Source: Thermoanaerobaculia bacterium
Lineage (GTDB): Bacteria; Acidobacteriota; Thermoanaerobaculia; Multivoradales; UBA5704
Assembly (NCBI GenBank): GCA_038250865.1
Contig: JBBSBW010000025.1
Location: 11,809 to 75,808, forward strand
Direction: 5' to 3'
Length of the DNA stretch: 64,000 nt
The notes beneath the pieces are model-generated. The model was not told the DNA's origin. It saw nothing but the letters and a program-made list of their open reading frames with translations, and searched no databases. This document shows, in pieces, positions 8,963-18,071 of this stretch. The translations under genes were made by a program, and so were the position numbers. Each line of letters begins with the position of its first letter. The stretch's first letter is position 1.

Positions 8963-9955
8963 ATGAACCGAGCACACCTTCTCGCCGGGGCGCTCGCGGT
9001 CGCCGCCTGGGTCGCACCGCTCGTGGCCCAAACTTCGGCGGTGGCTCCGGAGGCAACAGCCCAACCGACCGCCACACTTCAGATCACGCTGCTCGGTACC
9101 GGCAATCCGCGGCCTAGCCTGGAGCGATTCGGCCCGTCGATCCTGGTCGAAGCCGGCGCGCAGCGGGTGTTGATCGATGCCGGACGCGGCGCCTCGCAGC
9201 GGCTGTTCCAGATCGGCGGGCGCGATGCGTTGGTGAACATCGACGCGGTCTTCTTCACCCACCTGCACTCCGACCATGTGGTGGGCCTGCCGGACCTTTG
9301 GCTCACCAGCTGGATTTTCGGCCGCGCCAAGGCGCTCGAAGTGATCGGGCCTCCCGGAACGGCGGAAATGGCCGGCCATCTCGAACAGGCCTACGCCTGG
9401 GACATCGACGCCCGCGCCAAGGACGAGGGCCATCCCCGCGAAGGCGTTCGCCTGGCGGCGAAGAACGTGCAGCCGGGCGTCGTGTACGACCGGGACGGCT
9501 TGAAGGTGACCGCCTTCGCGGTCGATCACGGCAACCTTCTCAAGCCGGCCTACGGCTTCCGTATCGATTACCGAGGGCGTTCGGCGGCGTTTTCGGGCGA
9601 CACCCGATTCTTCGAGCCGCTCGTCGAGCAGGTCCAAGGCGTCGACGTGCTGGTCCACGAGGTGGTGAGCCCCGAGGTCGAACTCAAGCGCACGCTTGTC
9701 GAAGACCCGCACGCCGTGGAGGCGATCATCGCCCACCACACCACCCCCGAGCAGGCGGGCACGATCTTCAGCCGGGTCAAGCCGCGCCTGGCCGTCTATT
9801 CGCACATCGTCCCCTCGCCCACCACGGCGGAAGACCTGATCGGTCTGACGCGCCGCACCTACGCCGGACCGCTAGCGGTGGGCTACGACCTGATGACGAT
9901 CGTGATCGGCGACACGATCGAGGTCTATCCGCGAAAGACCACGGGCGACAACTAA
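8963..9955 (+). CDS. Secreted metallo-beta-lactamase-fold hydrolase
   Basis: Signal peptide MNRAHLLAGALAVAAWVAPLVAQ. MBL motif THLHSDHVVGL and later HxxD/H pattern. Confidence 0.8.
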   Translation: MNRAHLLAGALAVAAWVAPLVAQTSAVAPEATAQPTATLQITLLGTGNPRPSLERFGPSILVEAGAQRVLIDAGRGASQRLFQIGGRDALVNIDAVFFTHLHSDHVVGLPDLWLTSWIFGRAKALEVIGPPGTAEMAGHLEQAYAWDIDARAKDEGHPREGVRLAAKNVQPGVVYDRDGLKVTAFAVDHGNLLKPAYGFRIDYRGRSAAFSGDTRFFEPLVEQVQGVDVLVHEVVSPEVELKRTLVEDPHAVEAIIAHHTTPEQAGTIFSRVKPRLAVYSHIVPSPTTAEDLIGLTRRTYAGPLAVGYDLMTIVIGDTIEVYPRKTTGDN

Positions 9956-9969
9956 CCGGAGGTTCATAC

Positions 9970-10467
9970 GTGGCCTTGCCGACCGATTTGCTGAACGAAC
10001 TGGAAGAGATGCCGCAACAGTTGGAGCGAGCCCTTCGCCAATTACCGAGCGACCGGCTCGCCTGGAGTCCGGAGTCATGGGGCGGCTGTCCCAGCGAAAC
10101 GCTCTCGGCGCTCGAACAGGTATGCCACCTGCGCGACATCGAACAAGTCGGCTACCACCTGCGCATCCGGCGGATGCTGGACGAATCGAACCCCTCGCTC
10201 GAGTCCCTGGACAGCTACGAGATCGCCCAAGAGAGGCGCTACGGTTCCGACAACCTAGAAACAGCGCTCGAAGCCTTCCGCAGCGCAAGGCAGGCCACCG
10301 TCGAGCAGCTGCAAAACCTGACCGACGCTCAGCTCGCCCGAACCGGCGAGTTCGCCGAATACGGCCGGCTTACGCTACGGTCGCTGGTCCACTACCTGCG
10401 TAGCCACGACCAGCAACACCTGGCCGGAATCCAGTGGCTGGCGGGGAAGATCGCATCGCCCGAGTAG
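9970..10467 (+). CDS. DinB_2 / DinB-like (damage-inducible, four-helix bundle) family protein
   Basis: GTG start after a GGAGG RBS. LAWSPESWGGCPSETLSALEQVCHLRDIEQVGYHLRIRRML... fits DinB_2. Stop codon 1 nt before the tRNA-fragment repeat. Confidence 0.7.
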   Translation: MALPTDLLNELEEMPQQLERALRQLPSDRLAWSPESWGGCPSETLSALEQVCHLRDIEQVGYHLRIRRMLDESNPSLESLDSYEIAQERRYGSDNLETALEAFRSARQATVEQLQNLTDAQLARTGEFAEYGRLTLRSLVHYLRSHDQQHLAGIQWLAGKIASPE

Positions 10468-10468
10468 G

Positions 10469-10524
10469 GGTGCCGGAGGCGGGACTCGAACCCACATGAC
10501 CTTGCGGCCGAAAGATTTTAAGTC
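10469..10524 (-). repeat. attR-like partial copy of the 3' 56 nt of tRNA-Leu (direct repeat of 18071..18126; 4 mismatches)
   Basis: The minus-strand sequence GACTTAAAATCTTTCGGCCGCAAGGTCATGTGGGTTCGAGTCCCGCCTCCGGCACC matches the anticodon-loop-to-3'-end of the intact tRNA at 18072..18156 and lacks the 5' half. Confidence 0.85.
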
Positions 10525-11321
10525 TCGACACCGGAACAACCTAGCACAAGTGGGGAAAAACAAGCATAGGAAAACCTCAAGCGGGATAAGGGTTTTCTTG
10601 CGCCGGTGTTTTCTGGGCTGCTCTCATTTGTACCGTCTCAGGGGCACTCGAAAGGCACCTGCGGCACCTGAAAGGCACCTGGGAGGCACCCAGGGAATCG
10701 AGAGGAATCGGAACCCGGGGAAGGTATCCCGAGATCGGGAATCGCTCTCGACCACTGCCCAAGGGTGCCAAGAATGCCAAGGGTGCCAAGTTCTCCAAGG
10801 CACTGCGCGTGGCATCCTTGGCGCCTATCGGCTATGGGGCAAGCCCCGTGGAGCCATCGATCCGCCCAGAAGCGGCTAGTGGGAGGCGGAAGGGGGCGCG
10901 AGCGCCGGGGATAGGCTCGCGGGGACGACGAATGCTGCTCTGGCAGCGGAAGCAAAAGGCGGAGCAACCGGTTTCCCTTCCGGGTCATAGTGGGAACGGC
11001 GACGACGGTTCAAAGATGCTGGGAACCTCTCCCCCCTGGCGAATCGTCGCCACGGCGCGGACCTATCTCCAAGCGAAGCAGGGAGCTTTGGACATCGGCC
11101 CGCCTCTGTTTTGGAACGAATAGAGGCGCCGAAGCCCGCCGAGCTTGCGAGGCGAGCGTGCGTACCCCCCGGGTGGGGCTTCCTCTGCCCGACCCTCTCT
11201 TTCCTCATTTTCGCTATGCTTCTGGCGTTCAAGCGCGGCTAGGTCTGGCCACCGAACGCCGGTTCCCGTACCGGAGCGCCGCGCTGTTGTTCTCTTCTGC
11301 GGGGCGCCTTCGGGGGGTGCT

Positions 11322-12044
11322 ATGGCCAAGAAATGGTTCAGTGAGTGGTGGCAATCCTTCTCCCTCGGCGTGGGTGTCACCGTGGCGGTAGGCATTATCG
11401 CTGCCGCCTGGAAGTCTTGCCCCTACCTTTGGAGATGGCTACACGAAGGGGACGGAGAAGTAGCTCACCGGGCGGTTTTCATGTTGGCCGCACTACTCTT
11501 CTGTTTGGGGTTTTTTCAGTTCTTTAGGCCGCTGCGAGTTCGAGTAGTGCCAATACCAATCCCAGCGAATGAGACTCATCTGATAGTTCAAAACCTCGGA
11601 GGAATGAACGCATTTCGAGCGACGATTGAAATTCTGGAGATTCGTCTAGGTCTGGTCAAGCATAATCCTCGGCGAACCATTTGGAATCTTGGTTGGGCGA
11701 GAAACGAAGACCGCTCGAAATATCTCCAAGCCCACCAGAGCGGCAACCTAAATATAGCTACAGCATATGTTCGGCCTGCTCAGTATAGTCATGAAAGCTC
11801 TCAAATAGTCGGCGTTTATTTAATGCCGGCAAATGGCGAAGAGGGTGAGCTTGTTATGTATTCGGGAGATGTGGGCCAAACAGATATTGACATAAAGGTT
11901 ACCGTAATCTCAGATGATCCCAAGATAGTGTCATTTCTGTTACAACCTGTTCGCCCTTTCGTTGGACGTTTCACTATTAAGGGGAGCAAGGAGGACGGCC
12001 TTTCGATTCATCACTTCGTGCGCAAAAAGAAGACTAAGCCGTGA
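11322..12044 (+). CDS. Hypothetical membrane protein (2 N-terminal TM helices + ~170-aa soluble domain), island cargo
   Basis: MAKKWFSEWWQSFSLGVGVTVAVGIIAAAW ... FMLAALLFCLGFFQFF, then a soluble domain. Lower GC than the surroundings. The upstream ORF-track extension is rejected. Confidence 0.5.
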   Translation: MAKKWFSEWWQSFSLGVGVTVAVGIIAAAWKSCPYLWRWLHEGDGEVAHRAVFMLAALLFCLGFFQFFRPLRVRVVPIPIPANETHLIVQNLGGMNAFRATIEILEIRLGLVKHNPRRTIWNLGWARNEDRSKYLQAHQSGNLNIATAYVRPAQYSHESSQIVGVYLMPANGEEGELVMYSGDVGQTDIDIKVTVISDDPKIVSFLLQPVRPFVGRFTIKGSKEDGLSIHHFVRKKKTKP

Positions 12045-12170
12045 GCCGATCAGGGCTTCCGAGCAATCTCTGTTGCCATGGCCGGAGTGCAACGAAGCGC
12101 CGAGTGCATCCAAGTGAATCTGTAGCTCGCAACGAACAGGGCGACCACCGAAGGTTCCGACCCTCGCCGG

Positions 12171-13280
12171 TTAACTCTCCCCACCCGTCTTTGAGTCCCC
12201 CGGCCCTATTTGGGGCCATGTCCAACTGGAGGAGCCGGTGGGCCTGAAAGCCTTGAAACCGAGCTTCTCCTTTCCTCTCCAGAGTGTTCGCTTCGCCACC
12301 CCAGCCGCATTAGCCTCTTCAAGGATTTCAGCTGTTGGGCGCGGCCCGTCTGCGAGCGTCACGCGGAGGAAATCGATCGCTTCATCGAGCGCGCCCGGAC
12401 TTTCGGGCGTAGGTGAAGGGGCCGGCTCCGCTAGCAGATCGGCGGCTGTCAGATCGCTCTCTCCGTCTTTCCAGGCAAAGCTACCGGCGGAGTCGATCTC
12501 GAATTCAAGCGAAGCGGACTTGGTTGGTCCGATGTTCGACTTGTGAAGGACCAGCCCCGAGCGCGAACCATCGGGAGTGCGACCGACGAGCATTACCGTC
12601 CGCGCAATCGCCGTGAACGCTACGGAGCCCGAACCGCGATACCCGACCTTGGCACTTCCTCCGCCTTTGTTTAGGTGCCGAATAATGCAGACCGAGCAGT
12701 CATTGCGAGCCGCAATCTGAACAAGCAGCCCGACCGCTTCGCGTACGTGATTATCTCGGAACAGATCGACTTTCGACGGCAGTAGCGAAGTTATCGGGTC
12801 AACGAGAAAAAACTTTGCCTCGATCCGTTTGATTTCTGCTTCGATCAAACCCGCGCCGTGCGAGTCGAGAGTGAGTCCGGCACCCGCTTCGCAGTCGATC
12901 ACGTGGACGCGGGAGAGGTCCGCGCCCATGCCCTCCATACGTGGTCGCATGGTGTCGCCGGCTCCGTCTTCGAGCGACAGCAGAAGGCTTGAACAGGGCT
13001 CGAACGGTTCGGCGCCTGGCAGGCCATCTCCGCGCGAAAGTGCCGCAGCGATGGCGGCACCGATGAATGATTTCCCGCAGCCGGGATCGCCTTCAAGGAT
13101 CGAGAGCTTGCCTAGTGCCAAGCGAAATTCCCAGAGCCAGCGAATCGGCTCCGCAGTGACGGTATCGAGGGATCGCGCTAGGTGTGGGCAAGGTTCCACC
13201 TCCCCAAGGCACTGCTCGGACTCCGGGGCCGCCATAGTGGTTCGCGATCGTGCGGTTTCTCGGGCGGTGCATTTCGTCAC
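12171..13280 (-). CDS. AAA_25/RecA-like (RepA / P4-primase-associated type) replication ATPase with C-terminal wHTH-like tail
   Basis: Walker A LSILEGDPGCGKSFIGAA, Walker B FFLVDPITSL, CIIRHLNKGG... 4-nt overlap with the upstream HTH gene. Start may be the internal Met at 13235. Confidence 0.7.
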   Translation of the reverse strand: MTKCTARETARSRTTMAAPESEQCLGEVEPCPHLARSLDTVTAEPIRWLWEFRLALGKLSILEGDPGCGKSFIGAAIAAALSRGDGLPGAEPFEPCSSLLLSLEDGAGDTMRPRMEGMGADLSRVHVIDCEAGAGLTLDSHGAGLIEAEIKRIEAKFFLVDPITSLLPSKVDLFRDNHVREAVGLLVQIAARNDCSVCIIRHLNKGGGSAKVGYRGSGSVAFTAIARTVMLVGRTPDGSRSGLVLHKSNIGPTKSASLEFEIDSAGSFAWKDGESDLTAADLLAEPAPSPTPESPGALDEAIDFLRVTLADGPRPTAEILEEANAAGVAKRTLWRGKEKLGFKAFRPTGSSSWTWPQIGPGDSKTGGES

Positions 13281-13555
13281 TTCGAGCCCCGCTTAGCCCC
13301 GCCACCGTTGCGCGCGCTGATGATTTCGAAGAATTTGCCAGAATCGATGAGAACGCGGCGGCCGAGTCGTAAAAAAGCCGGTCCGAACCCGTTCGCGGGA
13401 ATCATGTTTCGCCGAACTCCGACAAGACGAGATCGAGGCTCGCAGTCAAAAATCAGGGCTCTCAGAGCGCTTTCAGAAAACGCCGGGTGCCGCTCAGAAA
13501 ACTGCCGCACGGTCAACAGGTCCGGGGTGGGGGTGTAGTTCTCTGCCACTGGCAT
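13277..13555 (-). CDS. Small HTH DNA-binding protein, AlpA/excisionase-like
   Basis: 92 aa, MPVAENYTPTPDLLTVRQFSERHPAFSESALRALIFD... AAGGAGG RBS directly before the ATG. First gene of a coupled pair with the replication ATPase. Confidence 0.5.
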   Translation of the reverse strand: MPVAENYTPTPDLLTVRQFSERHPAFSESALRALIFDCEPRSRLVGVRRNMIPANGFGPAFLRLGRRVLIDSGKFFEIISARNGGGAKRGSK

Positions 13556-13702
13556 TACCTCCTTGCTCCTAGGGGCCGAATGGCGCCCCGAGCTTGGCTT
13601 TCGAACTGCCCGCGGATTGCGGGACAATTCCTCCGAATGCCCGACTATGGGAGAACCTCGAAGCGGCGACAACTACAAGAACGTCCTTGCAGTTTTTTCG
13701 GC

Positions 13703-14416
13703 CTACGCCTTGGAGTGCTCTGGCGAATAGGTCGCCAGTACAGCGAGCATGGGCTCCGTTAGCGGAGGGAAAGGCACGGTACGCGCTGGAAGCTTCAGAG
13801 AAGGGGGAACCCGCCACAGCTCGGCCGACTTGATTAGCCGATGCTTCTCGACCGAGTGCCGGATTGCTTCCGCATAGGCTAGAAACTCCTCGAAGTGTTT
13901 TGAGACAAAGACAAAGGGATCGAACTGCGCAGGGTCTTGAGCGATATTTCTGGGTACACCGTGGGCATTCGCCAACGAGGAAACGGCAAGGTCGAGATGA
14001 GCCACAGGACGAAATCTCTTCCAAATATTCTGAAGAGTGGTCGGCGATGCGGAGCCAGGCTTTAATGTGGCAATGATCCCGAATGCGTGTTTGGCTTTCA
14101 TTTTCACCTGCGGATGGTGCTCCGCGGCACTGAGCAGGATCGCGAGAGTTGTTGTCGCTACCCAAGTACTCTGAACGGCTCGCTGCACATCCTCCTCCAG
14201 CACCTTCGGACCTGGCGCCGTCTGCAAGTAAGGGGCAAGGAATCCAATGGACGATAGGTCGAGGTTCTCCGGGTTCTTCAATATGCCCACAAGGTAACTG
14301 GCGACAAACTCTAAACGCGCTCTTTCGTCATCGGGGTAGGTCATAATCGCCAGCGTGAGCACGGGGGCCACTGAAGCCAGTTTTCCATCACGCCCGAGAA
14401 TTGGAAGCTCCGGCAT
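13703..14416 (-). CDS. Hypothetical protein (island cargo, low GC)
   Basis: 238-aa ORF starting MPELPILGRDGKLASV... No recognisable motif. Confidence 0.4.
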   Translation of the reverse strand: MPELPILGRDGKLASVAPVLTLAIMTYPDDERARLEFVASYLVGILKNPENLDLSSIGFLAPYLQTAPGPKVLEEDVQRAVQSTWVATTTLAILLSAAEHHPQVKMKAKHAFGIIATLKPGSASPTTLQNIWKRFRPVAHLDLAVSSLANAHGVPRNIAQDPAQFDPFVFVSKHFEEFLAYAEAIRHSVEKHRLIKSAELWRVPPSLKLPARTVPFPPLTEPMLAVLATYSPEHSKA

Positions 14417-14580
14417 ACGCACGCCCTCCCGCAAGTGCCCGCAAAGGACGAGGGAGATGCACGGCGGGCCGGTGCGGGGGCCGGCTATTCGGGGATCAGG
14501 CTAGCCGCGCGAGCTTGATTCTATACTGTCCCGCACAGGTGGGAATCTTGCCGGCGTGATTCAGCATAGGGAGAGATGCA

Positions 14581-15555
14581 ATGAGAACGGGAAAGCTCTT
14601 TCTTATTCTCGGCCTTTTCTGCGCACCACTCGGCGCGCAGTCTCCAAAGGATCGAGCAGAGAACCTCGGAACTTGTCTCTCGGGCAAGTACCCTTCGCTT
14701 TGTCGATATGAACTGCTTTCCCCGGAAGATCTCGCGCGTGCTAGAGGTGCCGAGAGGCTGCAAAATCTTGAAACTTGTCTGACGGGCCTCTACCCTAGCC
14801 TGTGCAAACACGGCTTGCTCTCGGCCGATGAGACAGCCCGGGTTGACGAAGCCGAACGCCGAGAGAACCTTAAAACCTGTCTGACGGGCCTCTACCCTAG
14901 CCTGTGCAAAAGGAGTCTCCTCTCACCAACCGAGCACGCCAAAGTAACAGAGGCTGAGCGAATTGAATACCTTAAAACTTGCTTGTCAGGCCAGTTCCCG
15001 TCACTGTGCGACCATTCAAGGTTGTCGGCGGAAGAACTGAGCCGAGCTGTTCAGGCTGAGCAGACAGCTGCTGCTGACAAGAAAAGCGAGAGCCAAAGGT
15101 CAGTCCAAGCACCTCGTGCGGCGCAGCCCTGCGAAGAAGGACATTGGATTGCCAGTATCTCCGACGATGGCGAGATCGTCATTCTGGACGATAGGAGCAT
15201 CTGGGAAGTCGATTCGCTCGGCACAATAGCCTCATCGCTATGGCTCCCATATACGGCGATCTTGGTTTGTGAAGGAAGACTCATTAACACTGACGACAAT
15301 GAAGTGGTGTCTGCCGAACGCATTGAGCCTGATTCCCGTCATTCAGGCAATGGCCGCCGATTTGAAGTTCAGGCTGCTATAGATGACGAGACTTTCGTTA
15401 TCAACGGTAAAATATTCAAGGCACAGACGGCCTGCTATGGAATTTCAAGGGGAGACGAGGTTCTCTTTGTTCAGGGAAACGCAAGCGTAGATTGCGCTAC
15501 AGCAGCCTTCGTGGTGCTACCTAACTCGGAGAAATGCGAGGTCTGGTGCGAGTAA
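14581..15555 (+). CDS. Secreted protein with four tandem ~30-aa Cys-containing repeats (TCL[ST]G.[YF]PSLC...) and a C-terminal ~150-aa Cys-containing domain
   Basis: Signal peptide MRTGKLFLILGLFCAPLGAQS. Repeats ENLGTCLSGKYPSLCRYELLSPEDLARARGAERLQ / NLETCLTGLYPSLCKHGLLSADETARVDEAERRE / NLKTCLTGLYPSLCKRSLLSPTEHAKVTEAERIE / YLKTCLSGQFPSLCDHSRLSAEELSRAVQAEQ. 33-nt exact DNA repeats at 14786 and 14879. Confidence 0.6.
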   Translation: MRTGKLFLILGLFCAPLGAQSPKDRAENLGTCLSGKYPSLCRYELLSPEDLARARGAERLQNLETCLTGLYPSLCKHGLLSADETARVDEAERRENLKTCLTGLYPSLCKRSLLSPTEHAKVTEAERIEYLKTCLSGQFPSLCDHSRLSAEELSRAVQAEQTAAADKKSESQRSVQAPRAAQPCEEGHWIASISDDGEIVILDDRSIWEVDSLGTIASSLWLPYTAILVCEGRLINTDDNEVVSAERIEPDSRHSGNGRRFEVQAAIDDETFVINGKIFKAQTACYGISRGDEVLFVQGNASVDCATAAFVVLPNSEKCEVWCE

Positions 15556-16020
15556 GACCGGCTATAGGGCGGGCACCCCTATGAGAATCCATTCCAGGCG
15601 CGTCTTTTTGCTCGTCCGCTGAGGGCGGAATAGGAGCAGGTGGTTTCGTTTCTCGGTCGGCTTCGGATCGGGTTAGGGTCGAAAAAACCTCTGCGAGTTG
15701 GAGTGGGGTCTCATGTTATCTGGGAGGCGGCGCCGAATCCGAACGGGGCGGGGGGGCACCTCGCGGAGTCGGTGGGCCTTGGACTTACCTATCCCCCGGG
15801 AGGGCAGTCGGCGAATTAGACGTGGGCACCCGGTCTCTGCTCGGCTCGATACTCGGGGAGCAGAGCGTCTCTTACCCGGCCACCTAATATACCTGCGCTC
15901 TCGACGCTCGCCGGGAACTGAGAATGCCAGATCAATAAGTCTTTTCCGCTCGTCCCCTCGCGCGTACTTCCTTGAGTCTGAGATCTTTTCCCGGCGCTCG
16001 TAGTCACGAGGGGGTCAGTC

Positions 16021-17151
16021 TCAGTTAACCGGAGAGTTAACCGTGGGCGCACCCGATCCGCCCCCGGCTTCCTTCCCTCCGAAGGGGCCGGCGATCGTCT
16101 CAGGATCAATCGGGCCGAATGTAGCAATCGCCGCCCGCTCGACCACCTGGCGCGCGCGGGTAGAGCCCAGGTGCGTATAGCGGGCAACCATCGCCAGGGT
16201 CTTGTGCCCGAGCAGCTCGCGCAGCTCGCCGAGCGTTCCGCCCGCTTCGAGAAACGCACTCGCGGCAAGGTGGCGGAGATCATGGAACCGGAGCCCCGGG
16301 AGCCCCGCGCGTTGGCAGGCCGACAGCCACGCCCTCCGCGGGAAATCCGGAAACCGATCCGGCGATTCCCCGGGGATTGCGAACAGGAACACCGTACCGG
16401 GGGCCAGCGCTTCGAGCCGGGCGCGAACGATCTCTAACGCCGGCCCGACAAGGTGCAGCCGGCGGCGGTCGCCGTTCTTCGTGTTCTCGGCGATGGCCAC
16501 GCCCCACGCGAGTTCAAGATCGCCGCGACGGAGCCCGAGTAGCTCGCCCTGGCGCCCACCGGTAGCGAGTGCGAGCGTAGCGAGATCGGCGAGCCTTGGA
16601 TCGACCGCCCGGCAGGCGGTGAGCAGCCGCGCCCGTTCCTCGCTCGATACCTTAGGGAGCCGTCCCCGTGGCTCCCGCGGTCGGCGCACCTTGCGGCAGG
16701 GGTTCGCCGAGATCAAACCCGCGTCGCGCTCGCAGTAGGAGAAGAACCGCGACAGGCTCGCCAGGAACCGAACGCGAGTCGCGGGGCCAAGGGGCTTGCC
16801 GCTTGGGGAGTCACCCTCGGCGAGTGCGCCGACCGCCGCCGAGATCTCGCGGGGTGTCACCCTTTCCAGGTCAATCCCTTTGAATCGATCGGTCCACCAT
16901 TCCAGCTTGCGGATATCGAGCGGACTCCGGAGAACCGCGGCACGATAGGCGGCGATCGCATTCTCGAAGCTCACGGGACCGCCAGCCGGTAGTTTCCCGA
17001 GCTTGCGCACCTCGGTCTCGACTTCCGCCGCCCATGCCTTCGCCTCTGCGAGGGTCGAGAACTGCCGCGCCCGGTCTCGGCCCGCGACGCGACACCGCGC
17101 GAGCCATGCAACGGTGCCGCCTTTGAGGAGTCGCTTTCGATATTGGGCCAT
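16021..17151 (-). CDS. int: Tyrosine-type site-specific integrase/recombinase
   Basis: C-terminal catalytic motifs ...HDLRHLAASAFLEAGGTLGELRELLGHKTLAMVARYTHL (R..HxxR..Y). N-terminal SAM-like arm/core-binding region. Downstream of and co-oriented with tRNA-Leu. Confidence 0.9.
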   Translation of the reverse strand: MAQYRKRLLKGGTVAWLARCRVAGRDRARQFSTLAEAKAWAAEVETEVRKLGKLPAGGPVSFENAIAAYRAAVLRSPLDIRKLEWWTDRFKGIDLERVTPREISAAVGALAEGDSPSGKPLGPATRVRFLASLSRFFSYCERDAGLISANPCRKVRRPREPRGRLPKVSSEERARLLTACRAVDPRLADLATLALATGGRQGELLGLRRGDLELAWGVAIAENTKNGDRRRLHLVGPALEIVRARLEALAPGTVFLFAIPGESPDRFPDFPRRAWLSACQRAGLPGLRFHDLRHLAASAFLEAGGTLGELRELLGHKTLAMVARYTHLGSTRARQVVERAAIATFGPIDPETIAGPFGGKEAGGGSGAPTVNSPVN

Positions 17152-17273
17152 GGTTCAGAGTCCTTTCCTCGTTCTAGGTTGCGCCCAAAAAGGAACAGGG
17201 GGCAACCGTGCCAAAGCCTTGGGTCCCGGAAACTTGGCATCCTTGGCACGCTTGGCACGGTTGCCCGAAAACC

Positions 17274-17486
17274 TCATGCGTCCGCCTCTGTGCTCGGGGT
17301 GGGGTGGGAGAAATACTTGCGGACGTAGACCCGCGCCAAGTCGCGGAGCCACGTCCCGACGTCCGGCCGGTTTTGGTGCTCGGCCATCGCTTCGAAGGCC
17401 CGCTGTTCGTCCGCACTGGTGACCGTGACCGGGTAACACTTTGGCCCGGTCGGCGGCGGTGGCGGTTCCTTCCTCGGTCGTCCCAT
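17274..17486 (-). CDS. Ribbon-helix-helix (CopG/MobC-like) DNA-binding protein
   Basis: MGRPRKEPPPPPTGPKCYPVTVTSADEQRAFEAMAEHQNRPDVGTWLRDLA: beta-strand then two helices. GGAGGT RBS 5 nt after the stop of the upstream ORF. Confidence 0.5.
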   Translation of the reverse strand: MGRPRKEPPPPPTGPKCYPVTVTSADEQRAFEAMAEHQNRPDVGTWLRDLARVYVRKYFSHPTPSTEADA

Positions 17487-17490
17487 GGCT

Positions 17491-17817
17491 CTAGACCTCC
17501 GCCATGCTGAGAACGCCCCGGGGCGATGCTGAGACCGTCACCAGCTCCCATAGGTCGCGCTCGGTCGGGTTCTCCGGCGGATCGGCGAGCCTCCAGAGCA
17601 CGAACCATCGGCCGAGCAGATACTCGACCCGGAGCCCTGCTTCCTCTGGCGTTCGGGTCTCGGCGAAGTCGCCCCGGGCGATCACGTCTACGATCGTGCG
17701 CGGATCGGGGCTGAAGTGTTCCTCGGCGATCCGATCGTAGAGCCGGCGGCGAGTCGCTTCGGAGTAGCGGGAAAGGTCCAACGGCGGGGACAGGATAGGA
17801 TTCTGGCGGTCGTGCAT
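17491..17817 (-). CDS. Hypothetical protein translationally coupled to the RHH gene
   Basis: 108 aa from MHDRQNPILSPPLDLSRYSEATRRRLYDRIAEEHF... No known motif recognised. Confidence 0.4.
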   Translation of the reverse strand: MHDRQNPILSPPLDLSRYSEATRRRLYDRIAEEHFSPDPRTIVDVIARGDFAETRTPEEAGLRVEYLLGRWFVLWRLADPPENPTERDLWELVTVSASPRGVLSMAEV

Positions 17818-18071
17818 GGGATTGTTCCCCTTGCTCGGCAAGGCGTCGGGGGAGGGCTGTTATCCCTTCTCCGGCGCCGTTTTTGTTTCAGGGGGGGCGG
17901 AGCCAATCTCCGCCGCCGTCCCTGTTCTGCGGGCGGCAAGTCGAAAACCGGATCGGGGGACCGCGCGGGGAGGCGGTAGTAAGACGCAATCCTTCCCTCT
18001 GCGGCACCTGAAAGGCACCTGGAAGGAAAAGCAGGGAGGGAAGGATTAGGCTAAGTGTATGAATCCAAAAG

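Noticed and set aside
10496-11391. Cluster of overlapping 60-130-aa ORFs at the left end of the island
   Set aside because: Region is packed with short direct/inverted repeats (arm-type sites). ORFs overlap in all frames and have low-complexity composition, so it is treated as non-coding att/regulatory DNA.
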